Shown here: in pieces, positions 49,093 to 61,019 of the stretch
Numbering within the stretch: the first letter of the stretch is position 1
How the letters are laid out: each line of letters begins with the position of its first letter
Origin: Camelus ferus
Taxonomy: Eukaryota
Assembly: GCF_009834535.1 (NCBI RefSeq)
Contig: NC_045704.1
Span: 12,834,001-12,898,000 of the forward strand
Reading direction: 5' to 3'
Length of the DNA stretch: 64,000 nt
The notes under the pieces: generated by a model
Seen by the model: only the letters and a program-made list of their open reading frames with translations
Database searches by the model: none
Told to the model about the DNA's origin: nothing
Translations under genes and position numbers: made by a program

Positions 49093-51499
49093 GGTCACCT
49101 GGTGGTGGAGGGGTGAGAGTGTGGAGTAGAGGCCAGTGGGCAGGGCACAGTGCTGTTAGGTGGTGGAAGGAGAGATGGCCATGAAGACCTCGAGGGCCTC
49201 CAAAGCATCCTTCCTCCCCTCCACCTCATCCCAGTCCCTGGGCAAGTACCAGGCCCAGCACAGACACGAGAAGGACTAGAGCAATTCTCTTCCCTTGTCT
49301 AAATTCCAGTTGCTTCCTCTGTCAAAGGGAGGCCTTCTGAGTCAATTTCAAAACCCCATTCCCCAGTTCCTACAGCTGCCCTCACAACCAAACTTTAAGA
49401 CCCTATGGCAGCCCGCTTTCACGGTGGCCAACCCAATGTCAAGACATTTTTCCGTTGAGCTGTGATTTCAAACACTGTGTCTCACAGTCTCACAAAACCC
49501 ATCTTCCCCAACTGAGATGCGTGCCAGGGTGCTGGGCGTGCCTTAAACACCACACAACTTTTTAAAGCATCGATTTTCCTCGGTGGTGAGGGACCCAGCA
49601 AAATGTATTTATATAAGGAAGATAATATAGAACTGTGATAGAATGATCTACAAAACCAGTACGTTTTGAAAATGGAAACACTAATTTCAAATACTGCCCA
49701 CCAGACGCCACCAGGGGTTTCCTCCTATCATCTATCTGCATGTTCTATGGAAGCGTGACTGAGGGCTTTGCCAAAGGAATTCTTGATTATACAGAAGTTG
49801 AAAGATCAGTCTTCGGACTGATGGGTGTCTTGATTAGGGCTTCAGAAAATATGAATATTTCAGCTGTACACTTCCCTGCAACTGTCAGATCTCTTACTCT
49901 GAAAACAGTTATCTAGTCCCACCGTCCCTGAAAAGCTTCAAAACCCCTAACCCCCAACTATGTGTACTTAACTAGAAATGGGCACAGAGTATCTAACTCA
50001 GAGAAAAGCTGAGACTTGAAAGGAGACTGACTTCGACACAGAGTTAACACAGCTCAAGCACTCTACACAGAGTAACAGTAATTATCATTAGCCTTTAACA
50101 CCCAGGTTTCTCCTACTTCTGTCTCCTCCACATCCCAATTGCATACCTGCAAGAAAAAGATCTCCATCCTGGTCTCCCTCATACCATAGATTCTCAAGCT
50201 ATTACCAGCGCTCTCGCATGCAGCCTCCCTGCTAAGAGCCTGCAGCTCCTTCTCTAACTCCCGTAGACATGTCTTGCCTCCCCTGTGGACAGTTCCCAGC
50301 CCTGGAGCTGCTCTCCAGCACCTCCGGGGGGAAGCACAAGCTACGTGGAACAGTGTCTGTCACATAACAGAAACTTAATCAAGACTGTGCTGACTACACA
50401 GACCCACAGATTCCCAAACCCTATGCGGTATGAAGATCCTGCCTAGCTTCTTGACACATGCCCCAGGCTTTGCAGACACACCCTCAGCTCCTCAGATCTT
50501 TTAGATGTGAGAAGGCTCTGCAGACTCTCCAGGTCCCTCTAGACCAGCTTCCCAAACTACAGTCTGATAGCAGTTCAGTGCTTCACACAGCTTGTCATAA
50601 AAGCAAATCGAACACAGTAGAAGATTCTTCACAACACATTACAAGTAAATGGAAATATTATTTAATGGGACTTGAGCATTAGTTAAATTCATCTGATGGT
50701 ATACCCCAGGTCTCAATGAAAAATGTATTTCTCACTGTAGATCAAGGTCAAAAGTGTTTGAAAAACGCTGCACTAGATGAGTCTAGATGATCCTATAGAC
50801 TTTCCCAGACGAATGTGGACTAATTCTAACTCTCTCTGTAGCCTCAGGGCCATGCAGAGGTTTTAAACATTTTGCATTCGAATTACTCTCTAAAAGGCAG
50901 GTACTTTTGAGCTGGACAAATCTTCCAACACTCTCCTTTGTTTTATTCTCCACACAATTATCCAGTCCCCAAAGGCATCTGAATTTGCTCCAGGCATAAG
51001 AGAGTGCACTCTTGCAGTCACACTTCAAGCCACCTAGATGGTTCCAGGTCCTTCTAACTGTCGCCCAGCCTCCTGTCACACAGATTAGACAGTCCCCAGA
51101 CAGATGGTGACCCATCCAGGCCTCTCAGCACATCTCAATATTTGCCCCCTCCCCTAGTGGGTACATCCCACTCTTCTGGGTAGCTATAAAAGACTTCCTA
51201 GCCCTGGAACAGTTCCTCCAGACCCAACTAAACGGTCCCAGACGCATGGAGGTGAGCCGCATCCTCAGGTCAGCCCATGTAGACACTTCCCAGCCCTAAC
51301 AGACATACCCCAGGCGCTATAGTTGGCTCTGCAGATACTCCCCAGCTCTTGCAGATCTCCTTCACCCCTGGGACATATCTCAAGATCTCAAGATGGCCCC
51401 AGAACCCTCTAAACAGACCCTAGCCTCCGGTCAGCCCATAAAGACGATCAACAGTGCCTACAAAAATGATTCAAGCCAACTATATGATAGAGGGAAGAC

Positions 51500-52230
51500 T
51501 TCAGCCTCGGTCCAGGCCCTGTGGACGCCCCTCGTCCTCTCAGGGACGCCCCACAGACGCCCCCCGGCACCACAGACGCGTCCCGGGGCCTTGAGAAGGC
51601 CCCCCGGGTCGGCCCCAGGCTCCGCCGCCGCTACCGGGCTCGAGGCCGCCCCGCTAAGCCCTCCAAGCCCCGCGGCGTGTCGGGAGGACCCCGGGACAAG
51701 TAGCGACCCGACTCCGCCCCGCCCACCCCAATAGGCCCGAACCCCGCGGCCCGGACCGCCGCCGCCATCTTACCCCGCCGCTCGGGCTGCGGCTCCGGCC
51801 CCGGCGCGGGGCGGGGCAGGCTGGGGCGGGACTCGCGAGCAGAGGGAGGAGAGAGGCGGAGTTAAAACGCCGCCGAGCTTGCCGGGACTTCAAGTACCGA
51901 GCACGGTGCCGTGAAGGCTAGTGGGAAGGCTTCGGACTCAGTTTCCCAGCAGTCAACGGGGCACGTGGGCAGGGTGCGCGCGACGCACGCCGGGAGGCGT
52001 AGTCTGCGCGTCGCCTCCGCCGCGCGGGTAGAGCGAGTGGAGGGTGAGGAGTGAAATGGGCGGGTTGCGGTAGCCCGCGATTAGGCCCCATAGTGCCCCG
52101 CACGCGCGCGGAAAGAGCGGCAGAAGAGGAAGTGACGGAAAGAGCGCTCAGCGTGCCAGATACAAGGGAGTTGTAGTTCCGCGGAGTGGACGGCAAAGGC
52201 CGGACTGGCTGCGAGTTGTCCCGCCCACAT
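51500..52230. promoter_or_regulatory. SCAF1 CpG-island promoter (divergent from RRAS)
   Basis: High CpG density, ZNF143 motif GGGAGTTGTAGT at 52166-52177, and an ETS/CRE-like GGAAGTGACG near 52128. Confidence 0.8.
51774..51880 (-). other. SCAF1: SCAF1 non-coding exon 1 (5' end approximate)
   Basis: Donor GGG|GTAAGA at 51774/51773 in a CpG island; the next exon acceptor is at 49098. Confidence 0.65.
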
Positions 52231-52239
52231 TCTGGGGAT

Positions 52240-52745
52240 CCCAGAATCCCAATACCCAAGTTCTCTCTTTATTTAGAACCAAGGACCCAGCTCTGTAGCT
52301 TCCTCCTCATTTAGGACAGAAAAATCCGAATTCTAATTCCTCTCACTCAGAGCAGAGGAGTCTGGACTCACATTTCCCTCTTCCTTGGGACTCAGAAGTC
52401 CGAACCCTCCTTCCTCTTAGATCCAGGAATCGGGCCCTCAGTCCTTTCTCAGACTGGTCTCAAGCTCGTATCTTACACTGACACAAGTGTTCGGGTTCCC
52501 CACCCCAATTCCCTCGGATCCAGAATTTTGGGTCCCCAGCCTCTTCAACGCCTGGACCCAAGAGTCCGAGCCCTCAGCTCCCTTTGCCGAACCTAGTAGT
52601 GAGGACCCCCCAGTTCTCCTCCTTCCCGGAACCCAGGAGTCCAAACCTCCAGCCCTATTATTTCCTAGGGACCCAAGGGTCTGTGCCTTCAACTTCCTCC
52701 TCCTTCAAGACCCAGAAATCTTGACCCTAGACCCTTCATAACCCA
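52240..52745 (-). repeat. Degenerate MSR1-like array between the SCAF1 and RRAS promoters
   Basis: Recurrent cctc(a)gacccaggagtcc(a/g)..ccccagc units. Confidence 0.65.
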
Positions 52746-52989
52746 AGCGTCCCGGCTTGGGCGAGCCGGCTCATGGATTAGGAATGCAATGATCTCACGG
52801 CCCCTCCCTGCCCGATTACCCGCGGTCCCCCTCCAAGGCCCCATCTCCCCTCCCACTCTGTCTTCCGCTTGGCTGGGACAGCGCGAACCGGAAGCCTGGG
52901 TCCCTTAGCGGGCGGAACCTCCAGCATCCAGCCCAGATGCCCAGGTCGGGAGCTTGGCTAGGATCCCAGGACGGAGACTGAGCTTCCCC

Positions 52990-53471
52990 TCAGGACTTGC
53001 CCCTTCCTCAGAGCGCGCCTATATACGGCCGCACGCGAGTCCGCGAAGCCCCGCCTGGCTAGAACAAGGCCTCTGGGATGGTGCCCTGAGAAACTGCATC
53101 ACAGGGCTCCTTATTTGCATAGCCCTGCCCCGAACGAGCTTCCCAAGAGAAGGAAAGCTCTTATTAGCATATCTCCGCCCCCAGGTGACCCGCCCTCCGA
53201 GAGCGCGTGGCGCCGCTCGAGGTGAGCACAGTTCTCTTATTAGCATGTCACCGCCCTCGTTCGGAATTCCCCTTCTCGGAGAAAGCTGTTTCCCTGCCCT
53301 TATTAGCATAGCTCCTCCTCTTCCCCGGCCTTGCCTCCTCAAGTGTCCCGAGACTCGAGCCCTTCTTGCTGGAGCTTATGATTATGCAGTAGCCTTATTA
53401 GCGTGGCCCGCCCCTAGGCCCCTCCCGGTTCCCCCTCAGGCGGTAGCGGCAGCAGCAGCAGCGGTGGCGAC
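52990..53471 (+). promoter_or_regulatory. RRAS promoter with five TTATT(T/A)GC(A/G)T octamer-like decamers
   Basis: Copies at 53111, 53161, 53237, 53300 and 53395; most are followed by GC-box-like sequence. Confidence 0.75.
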
Positions 53472-56400
53472 ATGAGCAGCGGGGCGGCGTCCGGGACGGG
53501 GCGGGGGCGGCCCCGGGGCGGGGGGCCGGGGCCCGGGGACCCCCCACCCAGCGAGACACACAAGCTGGTGGTCGTGGGCGGCGGCGGCGTGGGCAAGAGC
53601 GCGCTGACCATCCAGTTCATCCAGGTAGCGGGCCCTCACCCGGGGGGGTGCCCCCGGGACCTAGAACTGAGCCCTTTGGGGGATCCCTGAAACTCAGATT
53701 ACCCCTCGATCTATCACTAAGACCTTCCTATGAGGCCTTGTAATCTTAAAAAAAATCCCCTAATTTGGGACCCTGAACCCCTAGGGCCTCCACCCCCCTA
53801 CATGAGGGGCATTCCTCCTGTACTTGTATCCTGAGACCCACCACCCCTACCTCCAGTACCCAAAACCCCACTTTCCTGCTAACCTGACCCTGGGTGCCTC
53901 CAGGGAGCATCCTAAATCCAGACGAGTCACTCCATTCAGACCCTAAGCACTCTTATTGGCCCCCACCCCTCTAGATGCCACCTCCCCCCACCAAGAGCCC
54001 ATCTCCCCCAAATTCCAGGCCCCAGCTTCCCCTCTGAGCCACCCAGAACCTAACCCGGAGAATACCTGTGCCCAATGCCCTGGAGATTCCCTCAGTCTGG
54101 ATGCTTAGCCCCTTCAGGGACCTCCCCCAGAAACTAGAAATTATGCCCAGACTTTGCCCCTGAGGCCCACCTGGGACCACCCAGTCCTGAGAGAGTCACC
54201 CTCAGACCAGAGATTTTAAAAAGACCTTGCCCCTTGGCCATTCTAGAGAACTCTTAAGACCCCAAGTTCTGGGGATACCCCCTCTGCCAGACCCACACCC
54301 ACACCCTCTTCCAGGGAAAACCAACCACTTCTCCACCTTGAGTTTTCCTCCACTCCAATCCCCTGAGCCCCTCAGAAACTCTGGCTAGCCCCCAAATCAT
54401 CTCCATGGAAGAAGTCCCCAGATTCTCGACATCCCTAGAAAGACAAGTTCCTTGGGAGTTTCTCTGATCTCTTAAATGCATCTTAGGGTCTCTAAGACTT
54501 TCTAGACATGCACCTATATTCTATGACTAACCTCCCAAGTGAGCCCGAGCCTGCAGATCTCACCCGAGCTGCTCCTGATGTACTCTGCAGACACAGCCCT
54601 AATCCCCCAGGGGTAGGTCCCTACACCCTCCCTCCAGGACAAGTGCCCCCACCCCAACAGGCAGGATGCAGCCTTCAGACCCCCAGCTGCTACATCACCC
54701 CTTCTCTCCTGAAAATCCACCCCTGCCCGGGAAACTTCCAGCCCATTCCCAAGGGAAACCCTCCCACCTAAGAAAAACCCTAGAAAGATATCTGCTCCTA
54801 AAATGCCACAGAGGCCCCCAGGGCTCCAGATCCCTCAAGAGACCCCAGCCAGCACCTGCATGGGAGGCCCTGTCTGTGTAGAGAAAGGCCCCTATCCTGG
54901 GCCCCTTGCACCCAGGGGCAGACCCAGAGCTGGCCCAAGGCCTGGCTGGAGGCGGGCAGGACCCAGGCAGGAAGGGAGGGGCTCAGCCTGCAGGCGGGGC
55001 AGCTTCTCCGCAGCCGGATTGGAACCAGGACCTTCCCCTGGGAGGAGACACTGGAAGCTGCCAGAGGAGAAGGAGGAGGAGGGGGAGGAGGAGGAGAAAA
55101 GGGGGAAGAATAAAAAAAGAGGGAAGAGGAAAAGGAGGAGGGAGAGCTATAGACAGGACAACAACAGCTCCCAGTAACTGAGCACCCACTATGCCCAGGT
55201 GATATGTTAATTGCTTAATAGGGGTTCTCCCTGAATCTCACAAACACTGGATTCACCACAGTGCTATTTTTATCATTTTCCAAATGAGAAAACCGAGGTT
55301 CAGAGAGGGGAAGTGATTTGTTCAATGCCACACAGCCAGAATGTAATCACAATATGGGAAATGTACTTTATGCCAGAAAAAGAGAGAAGACCAGGAGACA
55401 CCCAGAGAGAGGAGACTGGGGAGGGTTGGAGGAAGGGACAAAGACCCAGACAGAGACAGATCCAAAGAGAGAAAAAGACCCAGAAAGAGGGAGGCTGAGA
55501 AAGGCAGGGCCTAGAGGCGGGGCTCCATCATCTCTGCTGGGACACTGCAATGATGGTGTCCTCTCCCGATCTCACCAGTCCTACTTCGTGTCTGACTACG
55601 ATCCCACTATTGAAGACTCCTACACGAAGATCTGCACAGTGGATGGCGTCCCGGCCCGGCTTGACAGTGAGGGCAGCAGGGGAGATGGTGGGGGAGGATG
55701 GTGGCGAGGCTGAGGGCTCATGGGGGTGGCTGGTGGGTGCCTTGTCCCCATGGGCATCCCTTCCCCCACCCTGCAGTCCTGGACACCGCAGGCCAGGAGG
55801 AGTTTGGTGCCATGAGGGAGCAGTACATGCGCGCGGGCCACGGCTTCCTGCTGGTGTTTGCCATTAATGACCGGCAGAGGTGAGAGTGGTTGCAGGCAGT
55901 GGAGCAAAGGAAGCAGAGGGGACTGGGTCTGAGTGGCTGGCTGGATCTCACACCTCTGGCTTCATCTGCAGTTTCAACGAGGTGAGCAAGCTCTTCACAC
56001 AGATCCTCAGAGTCAAGGACCGAGATGACTTCCCCATCGTGTTAGTCGGGAACAAGGCAGATCTGGAGACACAACGCCAGGTCTGGGACCACCCCCCCAA
56101 TCCCATCCCCACCCCATCTGTCTGGGAGGCTCCTTCTGGTGCTCACCTGCATCTCCGCACGTCAGGCTCCCGAGGTCCACTGTCATACACCCCACTAGAT
56201 GTGTTGCCCCCAAGTCCCCAGCATTGCACACAGCGAGTTCTCAGGAGGGGTGGCTGGATGGAAAAAACAGCACCTCCCCCATGATCAACCAGCCCCAACT
56301 TTCTGTCCCGTCCCCTCCTCTTGATGCCACCTGGACCCTCGCCCAGCTTCCTGTTTCTCCCCTCTGGTCAACCCCGCCTCCTGTTGCCCCTCTCCAGCTC

Positions 56401-57143
56401 CCAGCCTTCCCATGGCTCCCCAGCACCCCAGCTCTGCCACCTGGCCCTTGATGTCAACCATGCTCTTCTCCCTTCCTTCATCTGCTCTCACCACTTCCCT
56501 GTCCACACAGACTATGTGATTTCCACATAGAACTCATTTTTCAGATTAAGCCTTTGGGGATTTCCAGCCTTTGGAACTTTACTGGGGCCCCTGCTGGGAA
56601 CATCCTGACTTCTCTGCCCGGCAACTCAGTTATTTGCCAAGGTCTGTGGAGCCTTCCCTGACTCCTTACTTAGATGGCATCCAGCCAGCCCCCTTGGCAT
56701 CTCCATGATCTCCCTGGAATTTCCCTCTTCACTTGAGCCCCCACAGTATGTAACCCCTGTTAGAGTACAGTATGTCTGTGTTCCTCTCACCTCTCCAGGA
56801 CCCGTCCTGAGTGTAGGGACCTGACTCTTCCTTGTGTCCCTCCCCCAGGTTCCCCGATCGGAAGCCTCCGCCTTCAGCGCCTCCCACCATGTGGCCTACT
56901 TTGAGGCGTCGGCCAAACTGCGCCTCAACGTGGATGAGGCCTTCGAGCAGCTGGTGCGGGCAGTCCGGTGAGCTGAGCCCCCTTCCTGTCGTCCTCACCT
57001 GCTTCCCACCCAACCTCACCTGTCCCCGCGGTCCCAAATCACCAGCCTTTTCCCACAGGAAGTACCAGGAACAAGAGCTCCCGCCCAGTCCCCCCAGCGC
57101 CCCCAGGAAGAAGGATGGGGGCTGCCCCTGCGTCCTCCTGTAG
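53472..57143 (+). CDS. RRAS: Ras-related protein R-Ras (218 aa)
   Basis: Exons 53472-53624, 55579-55666, 55777-55879, 55972-56080, 56849-56967, 57059-57143; sum 657 nt. [31 protein letters not shown] and CAAX CVLL. Confidence 0.99.
55063..55150 (+). repeat. Near-pure polypurine (GA-rich) tract in RRAS intron 1
   Basis: About 85 nt of G/A with a single T; H-DNA-prone. Confidence 0.75.
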
Positions 57144-57375
57144 GGGCGTGAGAGGAGCAACCGGCACGATCTCGGGACCAGCTGCCCTCGCAGAGCTTGT
57201 TTCCCCATCTGGGTCTCCCAGGATACACTACATCCCCACCAGTAATTCCTGGCCTCCTCCGGGCCATCACCACTCTGTGCCTTCTGCCGACGCCTCTTTC
57301 CCCAACCCTGAGCCCCTGGGTAAGGACTCCCGGGCATCCAGGTCACTGCTGTATATAACTCCCCTCCCCCAGAGA

Positions 57376-57381
57376 AATAAA
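57376..57381 (+). terminator. RRAS polyadenylation signal AATAAA
   Basis: AATAAA about 230 nt after the stop; a Pumilio element TGTATATA lies at 57350-57357. Confidence 0.85.
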
Positions 57382-58294
57382 GGTCACTGCCAACGTCAGG
57401 AGGTGCTTTTTAAAAAGGGAAAAGGGCAGGGGAGGTGGGTGATCTCAGGGCATGTGCGCACAGGCGCGCGCACACACACGCACGCGCATGCTAAAGTCTT
57501 GCTCCACCTAGAAGCATCGGATCTAGAACCCTCTGCTTGAGGAAGGGCCAGGGGACATACAGAACAACCCTAGCCAGGCATCTGGACCCCCACTTCCCTT
57601 TCAACAGGGCGAGTCTACCCTGTTCGGTTTCTGTGGGCATTTTGTTGGGATGAGGATTAACATCTGGAAAAAAAATTTTTTTTTCTGGAAAGTTCTACAA
57701 CTGCACCGTTCAGTAAGGTAGCCAGAAGCTATATGTGGCTAGATTTAATTTAAATAAAAATTTAAAGCTCAGTTCCTCAGTCATTCTCGCCATATTTCAG
57801 GAGCTCCAATACTCCTATGTAGCTTAGTGGATACCCTCACAGGCAAACAGATCACACTCTCATTGCAGAAAGGTCTGTCAGACATTGGTATTCCAGGAGG
57901 TTTTGGGATCCTGGAGGCAGGAAGCAACTGCTACAAATCCTGTCCACCTGCCTATTGCCTCTAATGTATATTGAGAAAGGCCTTTTAGCTGCAGAAGGGA
58001 CAGATGGGCCAAATGGTGTATAAGCAGCAGGTTGGCAAGTTCTCAGTTCTTGAAAGTTCCCTGTTGGGCTGGCCTCTAACCCCTGAATCCAATTTGAGGC
58101 CAGTATGGACATACACCCTGCAAACCTCTCTCCTGGGAGGGGCTGAGTGTGGGTCACCTTAAGGCCACTGCAGATAAGATGACAACACACTTCAGTTTGG
58201 GAACCCAGGACCCTCAATTCCATACTTTATTTGCTCACCTGGAAGACTGGGGCCAGAACTGGTAACCACCACTCACCATGTCCCAGGCCAACAG

Positions 58295-58390
58295 GCCTTT
58301 TTTTTCTTCTTTTGATGGAGGTACTGGGTATTGAACTCAAGACCTCATGCATGCTAAGCACACGCTCTACCACTGAGCTACACCCTCCCA
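58295..58390 (-). mobile_element. Vic-1-type SINE
   Basis: Consensus match on the - strand. Confidence 0.88.
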
Positions 58391-58639
58391 AACCCTGTGA
58401 CAGGCCATTTTTGAACTCCAACACCTACTCAACACACCAGGTCAGAAATCTCAACTGAGATATCCCCATGCCCTGGAACTTCGGCCTTCACCTGACACCT
58501 GTCACCAGCCAATGATCTGCTCCCCCCACCACTACATCTGCTAAGTCTCAACGAATCTCTGGAACCCATCCCAAAATGCTCCCTTCACACCCACCCTGGA
58601 ACCCTCTTCCCAGTTCTACAGTAGATTATGGCCCTGGGT

Positions 58640-58930
58640 GGCCTCTGGCAGCAGACTGCCTGGGTTCAAACCCAGTTCTACCCACTCCCAGTCAAGTGCC
58701 TTCAGGCAAGTGATGCTTACTCTTCTCATCTGTAAAGTGGGGGTGACCACAGAGCTACTTCCCAGGGCCAGCTGCCCTCACCGACCTGTTTCCCCCTCTG
58801 GGTCTCCCAGGATACACTATACCCCAATCCATAATTTCTGGCCTCCTCCGGGCCATTACCAGGCTTTAGGAGTCATTCTGCCAATGGAGAATGAGAGCAG
58901 TGCCTGGGACATACTAAGAGCTCAGTAGCA
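58640..58930 (+). mobile_element. MIR element interrupted by a copy of the RRAS 3' UTR
   Basis: MIR head cagactgcctgggttcaaacccag..ctcatctgtaaagtgggg and tail cagtgcctgg..acata..taag..ctca flank the insert at 58768-58861. Confidence 0.65.
58768..58861 (+). repeat. Direct duplicate of RRAS 3' UTR segment 57178-57272
   Basis: Manual alignment gives about 13 differences in 95 columns (~86% identity), including an identical 23-nt core TCTGGGTCTCCCAGGATACACTA. Confidence 0.9.
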
Positions 58931-60811
58931 ATGACCGAGGCCCTACTGTTCTGCCCCAGAACCATGAATGTCGCTCTGTATTCCAGATGAGAACAATGAT
59001 TAGCTAAATATCCCTTTCCGGGTTTCATTATCACAGAATCCTTGGCCTGGGTTCAACCTTCCGCTCTGGGAATAAGCATGGCTCAGATGTATTGTGCTGC
59101 AGTGTTCACCCTCCCTCCCCGCAGAACCTCTGCTCAAGGGGGCCCTCCCCGGTGGGATAGGGGGATGTTTCTGTCAGTTCCCAGACAAGATCTGACACCC
59201 TCACCGAAGCCCTAGCCAGGGGTGAGCTCTCTACAGGAACCAGGGGGGTCCTGGGCCAAGTTCCCCCTGGGGTCTCCCCGTCAACATGCACTAACAGAAC
59301 GTCTGAGTCTTTCCTGCATCGTTTGATGGGGCTAAGTTTGTGGCTGGAAAATCCCGTTTCTCAGAAAACCAAGATGCACTCTTAGAAGGTGACCAAAGCT
59401 ACCGCCTGCCCCTAAAAAAGGCACACGGACAAACCCACATGACAACTGGTAGACCATTTTTGGAAGGTTCCCAGCCACCACCATTGCAAAGCTCATCAGA
59501 CAACAGTGAAGAGGCCGCGATGGCCTAGTTGGCATCTGCCTAGGTATGTGTGCCTGTGAGTCTCTGGTTCCTGCCCTCCGCTGAGCTTGGCAAACCTTGT
59601 CAATAATTCTAAGTCTCTCGGGGTTTTAATGTCCCTCTCTTTATCCGTGTTTGTCGTCCTCTGTCTCTCGTCCCTTCTTGCCATCTCTTGACCCTCCACC
59701 AGGTCTCTCAGGGTCTCCTGCTATGTAACAGGTGCCAAGGGCTGAAGAGTGCTTCAAATTATTCTCCTACATCTTGACAAAAGCCCATTGTACAGATGAC
59801 AAAGCTGAGGACAGAGGCTACTATCCAACTATCCACTATCTGGGTAGTGCTGGGGCTGGGACTCCAATTGGGCAGTTGAATACCAAAGGCCAGCTGCAAG
59901 GTTATTCTGTCCCCAGAGGGATGATACTACCCCCATGGGCCACCTTCTGAACACTCCATTCACTTTCAATCCTGGAGCTCTAACCTGGGACAATACTGGA
60001 AACTTTGGCCCCAATTTGACATCCTTGTCCAGAACCTTGCCTGTGCCATTCCCTCTCCACAGGCTGCACTGAGGTGCCACAAGCCACAGTTCAAGGACAC
60101 TAATGACCCATCCTCAACTCCATGATTCTACAAAGCAAATGGTCTATCATTTACTCTACTGTGGTCCTCAAATGCTACTGTCAGTTCTTTGTTCTAGAAA
60201 ACCAGGGCTCTAGAATCAATAACACTGGTGATGGTCTAGGCAATATCTGAGGTTCTAGAACAGGGGGTTCTTCTTCAGTTTTGCCTATAAGAATCTAGAA
60301 TGTTCATCTTTAATATCATGTTGATTCTTTATTCACTGACCAGTCATCCTCAGTGCCAACTCCAGAGTTCCAGAATACCAGTGGGCTACTCTGGAGAATG
60401 TACCCAGCCTCTAGAATGACAATGGCTTACTCGCTACCTTATAAGCTAGGTTCTAGTAGATTGCCAGTTGACCTCCAATTTTCAACACGCTTGTTCTAGA
60501 ACACTGTTCCTCCAACTTGAACGTGTATTAGAATCCTCCCAGGATATTAAAAAGTGGGTTCTGACTCAGCATATCTGAGAAACAGCCAAAGAGTCTACAA
60601 GCTCTTGGGGGACCCCAAGAAGGTATGAGAATACAGGAATCCACCCTCAACTCTGCAGGCCAACGTCTAAAAGGCCAGTCCACTTGTGACCTTATACATG
60701 GTTTCAGGTTCAAGAACAGAGACCAACCTTCAAGCTTACTTCAGGGAGCCCAGAGAAAGCTGGTCAACTCTGACAACTGTCACTGCCTGCCCTCGTTTAA
60801 AAAATACATCC

Positions 60812-60950
60812 AGGGGTGGGGGTACAGCCCAGTGGTAGAGCACATGCTTAGCATGCACGAGGACCTCGGTTCAATACCCAGTACTTCCTCTAAGAATAAA
60901 TAAATAAGTAAACCTAATCACCTCCTGCCACCAAAAACAAAAACCAAACA
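60812..60950 (+). mobile_element. Vic-1-type SINE
   Basis: Consensus match with A-rich tail. Confidence 0.88.
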
Positions 60951-61019
60951 AAATCCAAAAATTTTTATACTTTTCCCTTCATAGAGTAGAGCTTGATCTC
61001 CCTCTCCCTGGGTGTGCTG

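Noticed and set aside
49695-49722. CCACCAGGGG as a CTCF site
   Set aside because: The 3' half (TTTC) lacks the required GGCGC core.
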